Shown here: positions 50,966-63,200 of the stretch, in pieces
Position numbering within the stretch: the stretch's first letter is position 1
Layout of the letters: every line of letters begins with the position of its first letter
Source: Azolla caroliniana
Lineage: Eukaryota; Plantae; Polypodiophyta
Direction of reading: 5' to 3'
DNA length: 64,000 bases
Assembly (NCBI GenBank): GCA_043228905.1
Contig: JBHGNT010000002.1
Location: forward strand, 1,302,001-1,366,000
Position numbers and translations under genes: made by a program
Notes under the pieces: model-generated
The model's input: the letters and a program-made list of their open reading frames with translations, nothing else
Database searches by the model: none
Told to the model about the DNA's origin: nothing

Positions 50966-53900
50966 TGTTGGGATTACGGTCCCTTCGGATGGGATGGTCG
51001 GATATCGGAGATGAATGCCGACAAGCCCGGTTTCGGTTTCGGATCCGGATGACGAAGACCCCGGTTTCGGTACCGGATGACGAATGTACCCGGAGAGCGA
51101 TCCGGATGCAGGGACATATCCGTGAATATGTTCGCTATGGGCCCCTGAGGCTACAGTTGTAAATAGCCCAAAGTCATATAAGTATAAATATGACTTAGGG
51201 CAAACAGTTTTACTATTGCTTCTCATTTTTTCTGTTTTTCCACTTTAGAGGAGTGAAGAGAGAGCAGCCGTGAGAGAGATAGAGCGCGAGAGAGGAAGAG
51301 GTAGACGCCTCTGTGTATTTCCGCCGCCTGTGGCGAGGACAGCGAGCTCAAGGTCGTCGCCTTGCAGCTCGCCATTGTATACTTCTCTGTATAGTGTTGG
51401 TTTGGAGTCTTGTACTCCCGTGGTTTTTCCCGTCTAGGGTTTTCCACGTTAATCCCTGTGTACTCGCGTTTTTTTGTTTCTCCGTGTGGTTCCTATTTTC
51501 TGCTCCATCGATTCGCGCTTACTCGGTTGTGGCAGAGCGAAGAAGGTGAATAGAAGGGTCTATTCCTTGCAAACTGGTATCAGAGCGAACTGCTGCAGAA
51601 AATGGAAGGCGGCGGCAGCGGGCAGCCGGGGATGATGGTGCTGAATGCACAGAATTACGCCGACTGGAAGATCAAGATGGAGGATCTTCTGATTGTTCGG
51701 GACCTGTACGAACCGATTGACAGGTCGGAAATACCGAAGGGGGTACTTGAGTCGGAATGGAGGCTTCTGAACCGGAAAGCCGTTGCAACCATTCGGCAAT
51801 ACGTCGACGTGAGCGTTCTACAACATGTGGCGAACGACACCAACGCATATGAGATGTGGCGGAAGCTGTCGGGCCTCTATGAGAGGAAGAATGCGTTGAA
51901 CCGAACCTCCCTGATGAGGAAGATAGTGAATCTCAAGTACCGGGATGGCGAGAGTATGGTGGAACACGTAAGCACGTTCATGGGATTCGTGAATCAGCTT
52001 GCGGCGATCAAGTTCCCGTTGGAGGATGCAATGCAAGCCATCATCCTGATGTGTACATTGCCGGAAAGCTGGGAGAACTTGGTGGTAACTCTCAGCACCT
52101 CCTGCACCGAAGATAACTTGTCCTTACAAACGGTAAAGACAAGTATTTTGAATGAAGAAGCGCGTCGGAGAGATAAGGAACCGGCCTCCGACCCGAAGAT
52201 GTTGTTTACCGAATCGGATCGGGGAAGACAATGGAACCGGAGTCCGCAAAGACGGGAGAAGTCGGGGACCCGGTCGCAGTCAAGAGGAAGGCCCACATGC
52301 TTCCACTGTGGGAAGCCCGGGCACTTCCGAAAGAATTGTCGGCATTACCGAAAGGACAATGGAACCGACAACACCGATTCGAAGAAGTCACCGGAGAGAA
52401 ACGGTGCATACCGGGGAGCCACGGACCGAAATGGTTCGGATCGGCGAGGACAGGACCGGAAAGGAACGACGGCACTCGCGGCAAGTGAAGAGGAGATCAT
52501 GCTCATCACCGAAGAAGGTGAACTAAACATTGCCGGCGATGAGACGACCTGGGTGGTCGATTCCGGAGCATCGTTCCACCTGACCCCGGAGAGAAGATAC
52601 TTCTCATCCTACACAGCCGGCGAGCATGGCTGTGTTCGGATGGGAAACGAAGGTACGTGCCGGATTGCCGGCATAGGAGACGTGTGGTTGACAACCCCGA
52701 CCGGATGCAAAATGCTGCTGAAGAATGTCTGACACGTTCCGGAGGTCCGACTGAACCTGATTTCGGCCGGGAGGCTAGATGATGAAGGCTACACGGGTAG
52801 CATCCGGAACGGTGTCATGAAGTTCAGCAAGGGGAGCTTGATAGTGGCTCGGGCCCGGAAGGTCAACACACTGTACCTGATGAATGCCTGGTTATGTCCG
52901 GAAGAGCTGAATGTGGCAGCCGACACTGCCGGTGAGCTGTGGCACAAAAGACTGTGCCACATGAGTGAGAAGGGGATGAAGAGGCTTGCAGAAGACAACC
53001 TTATTCCAATGAAGCACGTGCACCTGGAGAAGTGCACCAATTGCCTGGCCGGTAAGCAGAACCGAGCCTCCTTCCACTCAAGGCCACCGAAGAGACGTAG
53101 TGTACCATTGGAGTTGGTCCACACTGATGTGTGTCAAGTAGAAACGAAGTCACATGGCGGAGCCCAGTACTTCGTGACATTCATTGATGACCACAGCCGG
53201 AAGCTGTGGACGGCACCGATGAAGACAAAGGACCAAGTGTTGTGCGTCTTCAAAGAACTCCACGCGAGAGTGGAAAGGGAATCCGGCAAGAAGCTGAAAG
53301 CGATACGAGCGGATAACGGAGGGGAATACCGGGGGCAGTTCCAGGAGTACTGTCGCTCGAAGGGAATCCGACTCGAGTTTACTGTGCCGAAGACGCCGGA
53401 ACTGAACGGGCTGGCCGAGAGGATGAACCAGACCATAATGGAGAGGGTCCGGAGTATGCTGGCGCAGGCGGAATTACCCAAGGGTTTTTGGGCTGAGGCG
53501 ATGTCGACGGCGACATACGTGATAAACAGATCACCCTCAGTACCTTTGGACGGAGACACGCCGCAGAGAGTGTGGACCGGTAGGGAAGTATCCTACCGGC
53601 ATCTGAAGGTGTTCGGGTGTCTCGCATACGTGCATGTGGCAAAGGACCGGAGAGGAAAGCTAGATCCAAAGACCCGGCCATGCATATTCCTCGGATACGG
53701 CGACGACGAGTTCGGCTACCGAGTATGGGACCCGGTTGACAAGAAGATATTCAGGAGTCGAGACATCATCTTCATGGAGGACAAGACACTCGCCGACTGG
53801 GAGTCGGAGAAGAAGATGAAGAGCTCCAAGTCAACCGGTGAGGATAAACTCTACGAGGAGCAGTCCCGACCGGCAAGGGACCGGTTAGCACTCGAGGATC

Positions 53901-56291
53901 CGGCCGAAGACGGTGAAGAAACCGAACCGGCCGAAGAAGACGAAAATGATACCGGAACCGGCCCCGATCCCGAAATGGATTCGGATGAAGAAGAATCGGA
54001 AGAACCGGTTACCGAAGCTCCGGAACGGAGATATCCTCTAAGAGAGAGAAGGGCCCCCCGGAGATTTCCGGAACCAGAGCACGTGCTGCTAACCGACGAG
54101 GGGGAGCCGGAGAGCTTTGAAGAAGCAAAGCATGACACCCAGAGCCGCATGTGGTTGAGTGCCATGCAGGACGAGATGGATTCCCTGCATGAGAACCACA
54201 CATATGAACTTGTGGAGTTGCCGAAAGGAAAGCGGGCACTTCGAAACAAGTGGGTGTTCAAGCTGAAACCGGGAGATGCCGGAAACCCCCCGAGATACAA
54301 AGCCAGGATCGTGGTGAAGGGGTTTCAGCAGAAGAAGGGCGTCGACTTCGACGAGATATTTGCTCCGGTAGTGAAGATGACCTCCATCCGAACGGTGCTG
54401 AGCATAGCGGCAAGCATGGACCTCGAGGTAGAACAGATGGACGTGAAGACGGCATTCCTTCACGGTGACCTCGAAGAAGAGATCTACATGCAGCAACCGG
54501 AAGGATTCGAGAAGAAAGGGAAGGAGCACCTGGTATGCCGGTTGAAGAAGAGCCTTTACGGACTGAAGCAGGCTCCCCGGCAATGGTACCGGAAGTTCGA
54601 CTCCTTCATGACCGACGAAGGGTACCTCAAAACGCAGTCCGACCACTGCGTGTTTGTGAAGAAGTTCGAAGAAGGAGACTCTCTAATACTCCTCCTGTAC
54701 GTGGACGACATGTTGATCGTCGGACGGGATCAGGTCAAGATACGGATGCTGAAGAAGGCTCTTCACCGAACCTTCTCAATGAAGGACCTGGGTCCGGCGA
54801 GGCAAATACTAGGGATGCACATCATCCGGGACCGGAAGAAGAAGCAGTTGTGGCTGTCACAGGAGAAGTACGTGACGAAGGTGCTTCACCGGTTCAACAT
54901 GTCGGAAGCAAGACCGGTCGGATCGACCCTCCCGACAAACTGCAAGCTGTCCAGCAAGCAAAGTCCCAAGACAAAGGCTGAAAAGGAGGATATGATGAAA
55001 GTACCGTATGCCTCAGCTGTCGGGAGCTTGATGTACGCCATGGTGTGTACGAGACCGGACATCGGATATGCAGTCGGAGTGGTGAGCCGGTACATGAGCA
55101 ATCCCGGCAAAGAGCATTGGAACGCGGCCAAGTGGATACTCCGATACCTGAAGGGCACGGCAAACGTGTGCCTCCGATTCGGCTCCGGAAAGCCCGAACT
55201 CGACGGCTTTACCGATTCGGATATGTCGGCTGATGCAGATACCAGCCGGTCCACATCAGGGTATGTGATGACGTATGCAGGGGGAGCTGTTTCCTGGCAG
55301 TCGAGGCTGCAGAAGACGGTTGCGTTGTCAACCACGGAGGCGGAGTACATGGCGGCTGTTGAAGCCGGCAAGGAAATAATATGGATGAAGGACTTCATTA
55401 GAGAGCTCGGTATCCAACAGGAGGAGTACCGACTCTACTGCGACAGTCAGAGTGCAATCCACCTTGCGAAGAACGCGGCCTATCACTCCCGGACGAAGCA
55501 CATCCAGCGAAGATATCACTGGATCCGGGATAGGATAGAAGACAAGGAGTTCGTGCTGACAAAGATCCACACGGACGAGAACGGGTCGGATATGCTGACC
55601 AAGGTGCTCACACCCGACAAGCTGGAAGCATGCCGGAAGAGGATCGGATTGGAGAGACATCCCATGCCGAAGTGAAGGGGGAGTTTGTTGGGATTACGGT
55701 CCCTTCGGATGGGATGGTCGGATATCGGAGATGAATGCCGACAAGCCCGGTTTCGGTTTCGGATCCGGATGACGAAGACCCCGGTTTCGGTACCGGATGA
55801 CGAATGTACCCGGAGAGCGATCCGGATGCAGGGACATATCCGTGAATATGTTCACTATGGGCCCCTGAGGCTACAGTTGTAAATAGCCCAAAGTCATATA
55901 AGTATAAATATGACTTAGGGCAAACAGTTTTACTGTTGCTTCTCATTTTTTCTGTTTTTCCACTTTAGAGGAGTGAAGAGAGAGTAGCCATGAGAGAGAT
56001 AGAGCGCGAGAGAGGAAGAGGTAGACGCCTCTGTGTATTTCCGCCGCCTGTGGCGAGGACAGCGAGCTCAAGGTCGTCGCCTTGCAGCTCGCCATTGTAT
56101 ACTTCTCTGTATAGTGTTGGTTTGGAGTCTTGTACTCCCGTGGTTTTTCCCGTCTAGGGTTTTCCACGTTAATCCCTGTGTACTCGCGTTTTTTTGTTTC
56201 TCCGTGTGGTTCCTATTTTCTGCTCCATCGATTCGCGCTTACTCGGTTGTGGCAGAGCGAAGAAGGTGAATAGAAGGGTCTATTCCTTGCA
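50966..56291 (+). mobile_element. Young, near-intact Ty1/copia element (family Y)
   Basis: 606-bp LTRs at 50966-51571 and 55686-56291 (4 transitions seen); TSD TTCCG; PBS TGGTATCAGAGC at 51575-51586 (tRNA-iMet); PPT at 55674-55683. Confidence 0.98.
51602..55675 (+). CDS. gag-pol: Copia Gag-Pol polyprotein (Gag, PR, IN, RT, RNase H) with one in-frame TGA at 52730-52732
   Basis: ORFs 51602-52732 and 52817-55675 are in the same frame; CFHCGKPGHFRKNC, DSGAS, HTDVC, LYVDDML, FTDSD. Confidence 0.95.
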
Positions 56292-57002
56292 TTCCGCATG
56301 CACTCTGTATTGGTCGCGTTTGCTTTTTCCACCCATGCCTGGTCTTGTCATCGCATCTCATCTTGCGCGGCCCAATCAGTCGTTTTTGTTTGCTGGCGTG
56401 TCGTGACTTGCTGCACTTCTACCGTAATCGTATTGACGGCGGGCCCCTTGCCCTTGTATGATGGGCATTGCGTGGCATAATGTCCGGGTTGCTGACAAAC
56501 AAAACAATGGATTCTTGATTCGCCCTTCTTGGCTCCTGGTGGTGTGTGCCGATCCCTTGGTGCGACTTGCTCCTCACGGTCCGGCCTCGTTTGTCAGAAC
56601 GTTGTCGTGAAGATTTTCGTCCATAGCCGGAAACCGGGGTGGAATGGGCAAATCGGTGGTGTGCAACATGTGCACGTGTATACTAGGAAATGGTGTGTAG
56701 AAAGAAGAGGGGAATTTTATCCCACATTGTAAGGTCCCTCCCTCCTTGGGCTATAAAAGGAAGGGAGGGGTCACTTATGAGGGGTTGCCTATTTTGAGGG
56801 AGAGAGGCATACCACTTAGGTCGAGGGTTTCCTATTCAGTTAGGGTTTTCTTCTTGGGTTTTCCTTTAGGGTTTTCTTATAGTCGTTTGGTGCGGCCATG
56901 GCAGCCACCATTGTAAAGCGTTTATGTTTTCTTAATAGAACTTCTTGTTGAGTATCTTGACTCCATCTTCTACATCTTCTTCTTCTTCTTCTATCATAGC
57001 GT

Positions 57003-57667
57003 TGTCGCGAAGATGTGCATGCGAGCGTGCTTCGCTTGAGCGGGACCACCGGGGTCTTGGACCAAGGAGGATGTCCATCAAGGTATTGAGAAGAGGACGA
57101 TGTGAATGTAAGATTGGAGGAAGACCTATTACACTTGAGAAGATTGAAGATTGTACACTTTGAGAAGTAGATAAATAATTACAAGATAGATGCGAAGAAG
57201 AAGAAATAGAAGCTTATATTATTGATGGTGATGATGATGGTCATATCATATTGAGCCCCCCCCTTTACACAAGCCGTACTAGGGGTTTTATAGGTTTGTC
57301 CATGCACAAAACCATGGGCTTGGAGCCATGGTTTCTGTGCACACAGTTTTGCTTTGTGACATGTAGAAACCCATGGGCTTAAAACCGTGGTTTTGTGTAC
57401 ACAGTTTTGTACGTTTGTTTCCTATGGAATACTGAATATGAAAAAGAAATATAGAACATCTAAAGGACTTAGTAGTAGCTTTAGTGGTAAGGTAATTGCC
57501 TCTTATCTTAGAGGTGCAAGGTTCAAATCCTACTTGCAACCCTCTACATACACTCAATTCCATTGTGACCTAGGTTTATTTATTTTCATTTTTACAAGTA
57601 TTCGTGAAATGCGTGTGGATCCTCAATTTTTGACTTTTTCTCGCACTAGACATGCCACATCACGACA
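57003..57667 (-). mobile_element. Solo LTR E4 nested in the D4 LTR, with an A/B-box module at 57476-57530 (+)
   Basis: TGTCGCGAAG...CACGACA; TSD GCGT/GTGT; TAGCTTTAGTGG and GGTTCAAATCC; CCATGG-rich block. Confidence 0.8.
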
Positions 57668-58310
57668 GTGTCATATTCGTTCTCTTCTCCTCTTGAGCTA
57701 TGAGCTAATCTTCCATTCGTTGTCTTAACCTTTCTCCTCTTCTCCCTAGTCCAAGACACCCACGGTCCCACCCCTTCCACACGCACGCGCGTAACAACGC
57801 GACATCTTTTGGTGAACCCGACGTGAAGGGCGGCAAGGGAGCATGGAGATGGAAGAAGACTTCGACTTCGAGGAGATGATGGCAAAGATCATGATGGAAG
57901 CCGGACGGAAGATGGCGAAGCGAGATGCGGCTCAACAAGCCGTCGAAAGGGTGGTCGATCGAGTCGGCCGGTTCAATGGGAATGAGGTCCTAAAAATTTT
58001 GGGAGCCTACAAGGCCGAGATGGCGAAAGGGGGCATAGACGAGGCGATGCGGCTAGAGTATTTTCCTCGAGTGGCGGTCGTATCGGTGCACAAGGAGGTC
58101 AAGCAGCTACGAGAAGCTCATGAGTCGTGGGTGTCCTTTGAGGGAGCCCTATTGGAAGCATACGGGTACACGGAACCGGAAGGAAGAGGTCGACATGAGT
58201 TCGATCGGTGGGTGTGCCGGCAACATGATGCGAGGCGGTCGGCCACAACACGGCCCGCGAGCGGCGAAGAAGAGAGAACGGCGAGTGAGTACGCACTACC
58301 GCCGGAAGAG

Positions 58311-58741
58311 TGTTATCGGCCGGCAAAGGAGTCCAGAGTGTGAAACGGGGAGTTATTTAAGTATTAGGAATGGTTGTAAGTAAGCTATGAGTGTGGACGG
58401 ACGGACCGGAATCGGTATGCCGTTCCGGATCCGGACCAATCCCGACCAAGTGAGGATGGCACCGTTTTGTACTACAAACCGGAAACCTATTTAAAGGCCC
58501 TGATACAATGTAATGAGCAACGGTTAATTAATAAAGCTTAGTGTTTTTATCTCTGTGTTAATTGTCGTTCTGCATTCATTCTTATATCTTACGCGTGTGA
58601 TTATTAAGGACGATCTTGCTAAGTAACCTAATTAAGTCGGATTAAGCGTTGAGTCTAATCCTATTGCCGTAACACCCCTTTGGTAAAGTGTCTTCCATAG
58701 ACACCCTGTGTTAGGCCATTGTCCGACCCTAAGAGTTAACA
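58311..58741 (+). mobile_element. Solo LTR (431 bp) with a B-like terminus
   Basis: TGTTATCG...GAGTTAACA; TSD AAGAG at 58306-58310 and 58742-58746. Confidence 0.85.
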
Positions 58742-59059
58742 AAGAGAGCTCAACGCAAAACGGTTCGGAGGAGCTCGACCTAGAGGTGCTAATACAGGAG
58801 GCATGCGAGCTTGTGAAGGCGAAAATCGAAGCCGAAGAAGGGCTTGTTATGGAGTCGGGCCGGAGGCGATCGGAGGATGCGGACGAAGAAGCCTCCCTAA
58901 GCGTAGAAGATGGGGCCTATACGGAGGCCGGGAGAGCGTGCGATGGCGACATGGGAGAAGGTGCGGAGCAAGCGACCCTCTTGTCTTGCGGTGAAGGGAC
59001 GGCCATGGAGGCCGGTAACTACGGGTTCGGGACATGGCGGCCCAAAACATCGAGTGAGG

Positions 59060-59860
59060 AGGAAACAAGCGGCGGTGCCACGACCTTACACACACCAGTC
59101 CTAGAGACTCCGGCATCCGGCCCGAGAGCTAGTGTGAGACCTAGAGTGACGGACGGTGGCGGCGGCAAGGCGGGCAACCGAGACGACGGCATGGAAGAGA
59201 CGGTGGCAAGCATAATCGAGGCTTGCGTGATTGGAGGCGGGTTAGCCGCGGACAACGACGTCCGAACGGAAGCGGCTACGGACACAACGAGCGGCGGTGC
59301 CGGGTCCTTACCCACACCGGTCCTAGAGGCTCCGGCGGCCGGCCCGAGTGCCAGCATGAGACCTAGAGCAACGGGCGGCAAGGCGGCAAGGCAGGCTATC
59401 ACGACGGCGAGAACGACGAGGAAGAGGTGGCGGCAAGCGTAAACGGAGACGGGGTAGCCACGGACGACGATGACCAAATGGAGGTGGCTACGAACGAAAC
59501 GAGTGGCGGTGTCGAGTCCTTGCCCACAATGGTCCTAGAGGCTCCGGCGGCCGGCCCGAGTGCCGGTGTGAGACCTAGAGCGACGGGTGATGGCGGCGAC
59601 AAGGAGGGCAACCAAGACAACGGCAAGGAAAGCGAGGAAGAAGGGGCGGCAAACATAATCGAGGCTTGCGGAATCGGAGATGGGGGAGCCACGGACAACG
59701 ACGTCCGGACGGAGGCGGCTACAGCAACGACGAGCGGAGGTGCCGGGACCTTACCCATACCTATTCTAGAGATTTCGGCGGTCGGCCCCGAGAGCCCACG
59801 TGAGGCCAGAGAGACAGAAGGTGGCGGCGGCAATGCGGACGATCGAAACAATGGCGAAGA
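59060..59860 (+). repeat. Degenerate ~210-240-bp tandem units within D4
   Basis: CTAGAG(A/G)CTCCGGC...GGCCCGAG...GAGACCTAGAG recurs at ~59101, ~59323 and ~59535, and degenerately at ~59766. Confidence 0.7.
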
Positions 59861-60217
59861 AGGTCATAGCGGATGGAGGAGAGACCCCTCGACACCGGGG
59901 CCAGAGACTACGACGGTTGTGCTCGAATGCCAACATAAGACCGGAGAGAAGGACGGTCACCGTGAGGAGGCATGGCCCAGAGCAAACACGTGCTAAGATG
60001 AGGATGCGAGGCCCAGAACGGGCATACACAAGAGGACCGACGGAGAGGTCGGTAGCGGCAAGGAGGAGAGATCCGGGAACCGACCCGACCGGAAGATGAA
60101 CCGGTTGATAATCCGACACGACCGAAAGACGAGGCGGAAGAAGATTGGAGTGGGGTCCGGTCAACCGGGCCCGAACCGAAGAAGAGTCGGCAAGGCCGGA
60201 TTTGTGCGGACAAACAT

Positions 60218-63200
60218 TGTTGAGAGACAAGCTCAACATCGGCCGGATCGGCTAAAGAAGCCGAGGACCGGATCGGTTGGGACCGATCGGTTAGGCCGAA
60301 TGCGTAAACCGGTACGCAGACCGGTGCATAGGTAGGGCTGGATCGATGCGTAAACCGGGAGGCCGTTAGGAAAGATATTCCGTGAGGAATATATTTGGGA
60401 GTTAGTGTAGGAGCTCTTAATGAGCATTGAAGTACTGTCAGTACTTCTGTCAGTCCTTCTAGGACTTGTATAAAAGTGTTCATTGAACACACATATGTAT
60501 AGAGTGAAAATAGAGATTGAGTTTTTTTGTTGAATACAGTTCTTGTGTTTTCTCTCTCTCACTCTCTCACTCTCTCTGTCTCTCCCGCGTATACTACGTA
60601 AGCTCAAGCTCTCCATTAAACCTGAGTTTTCTTCCTTCTGTTCGGTCTTCATACTTGCTTCCGCACGTTACTTTTTACATGGTATCAGAGCGCGAGGGTT
60701 GAGAACCTCTCTGCAGCCGACACAGCTTGATGAAGAAGAACAAGAAGAACGATGGATAGAGGCATGGCGAGCTCGCTTCCAACAGAGAAGCTCGACAAAA
60801 CCAACTACGCGTCTTGGTCCTACAAGATGCACCAGTACCTGCTCGGGCACGGCTACTGGAGTTATGTCGAAGGAGCTAATGACGCGGCACCCGAATCGAC
60901 ACACACAGACTTCCCGTCGTGGGAGCAATCGGCGAGCAGGGTATTATACTGCTTTGCGTCGTGTGTGGGCAAACAACTATTGAGCTATGTTCGGGATGCA
61001 AAGACGCCGAAGGGTGCGTGGGAAAATCTGAAGAAGATTTTCGCCGCGAGCACCACAGCCAGGAAGCTTCAGCTCTGACAGGAGTTGAGCAACCTACGAC
61101 AACGCGACTTGTCGGTGGCGGACTATACCTCGAAGAGCAAGGATATCTGCGACTCCCTCGCCTCCATAGAGGTGAACATCGAGGAGAGCGAGATGGTCCA
61201 GATCTGTCTCGGAGGTTTGGTGCCGAAGTTCGGAGCGTTCCGAACGGCTGTGTGTACCCGGGAGAATACATCGTCCTTTTTCGACTTACAGTCAATGCTC
61301 CTGGTAGAGGAGAACCACGCGGGTGCGTCTACAAGCACGCACGCCGACAACAGAATGTTGTACACAGAGGGAGATAGGCCCCATGGACGTGGAGGACGAG
61401 GTGAGTCGGCGCGCAATGGAGTCGGCCGACGAGATCAAGGAACAAGGCACCGAAGTGATGACGACAGCAACTCCGGACCCTCCGGAAACAGGGGGAGTCG
61501 AAGCGATGAGAACCGGCAAGGGAAGGCCATCACGGAGTGCTGGTACTGTGGCAAGAAAGGCCACAGGGAAAGTGAGTGCTGGAAGAAGTGCGCCGATTCG
61601 GAGAGAACCGGTTCCGGAAACGGCTCCGGACATACCGACAAGGGAAATCGGCAGCGATCGCACTACGCCGAAGACTCCGGGAGAGCCGGAGAAGGGTCTG
61701 CCTTCGTGACGAGACACAAAGCAAACTCAATGAAACGAACCACCCCGAGATCGGACGAGGTGTGGTACGTAGACTCCGGCGCGTCAAACCACATGACGAG
61801 CCATAAGGAGTAGTTCTCGTACCTTGAAAAACCGATACGACCTGGAGTAGTCGCAACTAGAGACGACACTCCGCATCCGATTGCGAATGTCGGAGAAGTT
61901 CCCCTTAGCCATGTCGGGCAGAAAGGGAAACTCATGAACGTGTTGCACGTTCCGACAATCACGAAGAACTTGGTCTCAGTCGGACAGATCATCGACCAAG
62001 GGATGGAGGTTCGGTTTACACACCTCGGGTGCTTCATTGAGGAAGAAGGACGTGTGATTGCGCAAGGGCGCAAAGACGGGAGGATGTTCATCCTCGATTC
62101 CACTGACGGCGGCACCGCAATGTTCGCGAAGGGACAAAAATCCGAGTCAAACATCGACTTGTGGCACAAGCAGATAGGCCACGTCAACTACCAGCGGCTT
62201 CAAGATCTGCAATCGAATCAGGTAGTGTTCGGATTGCCCAAATTTAGTGGCCGAAAGGCACAAATTTGTGAAGCCTTCCAACTCGGGAAGCAACACCGAC
62301 TTCCTTTCCCCAACAAGCGAAACCGGAGCCGAAACAAGCTCGACCTTATACACTCCGATGTATGGGGGCCGGCACAAAACGTTAGTCTTGGCGGGAGCCG
62401 ATATTGCGTCTCCTTCATCGACGACCACACGCGACACACGTGGATCTACCTCATTGAGAGGAATAGCGAAGTCTTCGACTGTTTCCGGGACCTCAAAGGG
62501 TTCATGGAAACGGAAACGGGACGAAAGATCAAGTGCTTGCGGTCGGACGGCGGGAAAGAGTACTTTTCTGGTCAATTCAATGGTTGTCTACAACAAATGA
62601 GAATTCGGCGCGAATTCAGTTGTAGATACACGCCGGAGCAGAACGGTGTCGTGAAGATCCGTCACTACGCACGGATCGTGAGGCGGAACCGCCGGGGTTC
62701 TGGACAAGAAGGATTTAGAGTCGATACAAGCTTTGGCGAGAAAGTACTTAAGATAGATTGGGAAAGAGAGAAGATGAGATTACACGATTGAATTGATAAC
62801 GAAATTCTTCTTCCTAATTTTCATAAAAAAAACTGTGTTTTTCTCCTCCCCCTTCCCTCTTTTATAGATGCTCTCATGCATATGATGCATGTGACGGTAT
62901 AAGACATGCATAAATTGCATGTTTGCCATTTGGCGCTTAAGTATTACATGTGGTGCATGCTAACCATGCCACTCATTTTAGCACTCATGGATAAGAATTT
63001 ACATGTAAAAGTATAATGATAGAAATATAATTTCAACTAAATACCATGGCTTAATGGTAAGCCATTTGACTCCTAACTTGGAGGTGCAAGGTTCGAATCC
63101 ATACTTGCCCTCCTTGTATATGTATATATTTTTATATATTTATTTTATCTAGTCGCCGGTTCGCCGGATGCTGTCGCCGGATACCGGTGCCGCCGCTGGA

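Larger units (their letters stand above)
43649..56602 (-). mobile_element. Ty3/gypsy element C, a relative of B: 3' LTR 43649-44089, extra ORF 44137-46900, pol ~47290-50965, gag knuckle 56297-56602
   Basis: pol motifs match B ([18 protein letters not shown]); CFVCQQPGHYATQC; 5' part displaced by the insertion at 56603. Confidence 0.9.
56603..60217 (+). mobile_element. D-family copy D4: 5' LTR 56603-57804, Trp PBS, gag 57843-58310, repetitive acidic region
   Basis: TGTCGTGAAG start after ACGT; LTR end ACGCGACA; interrupted at 60218 by copia X. Confidence 0.88.

Noticed and set aside
61811-61813. Stop at the same Trp codon in both copia-X copies (TAG here, TGA at 545-547)
   Set aside because: The substitutions differ and both copies have other lesions, which is consistent with independent decay. 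It also shows that shared stops can arise by chance.
63040-63115. Functional or suppressor tRNA genes at the A/B-box modules
   Set aside because: There is no acceptor stem or canonical 7-nt anticodon loop, and no UCA anticodon was seen, so no link to the copia TGA can be supported.
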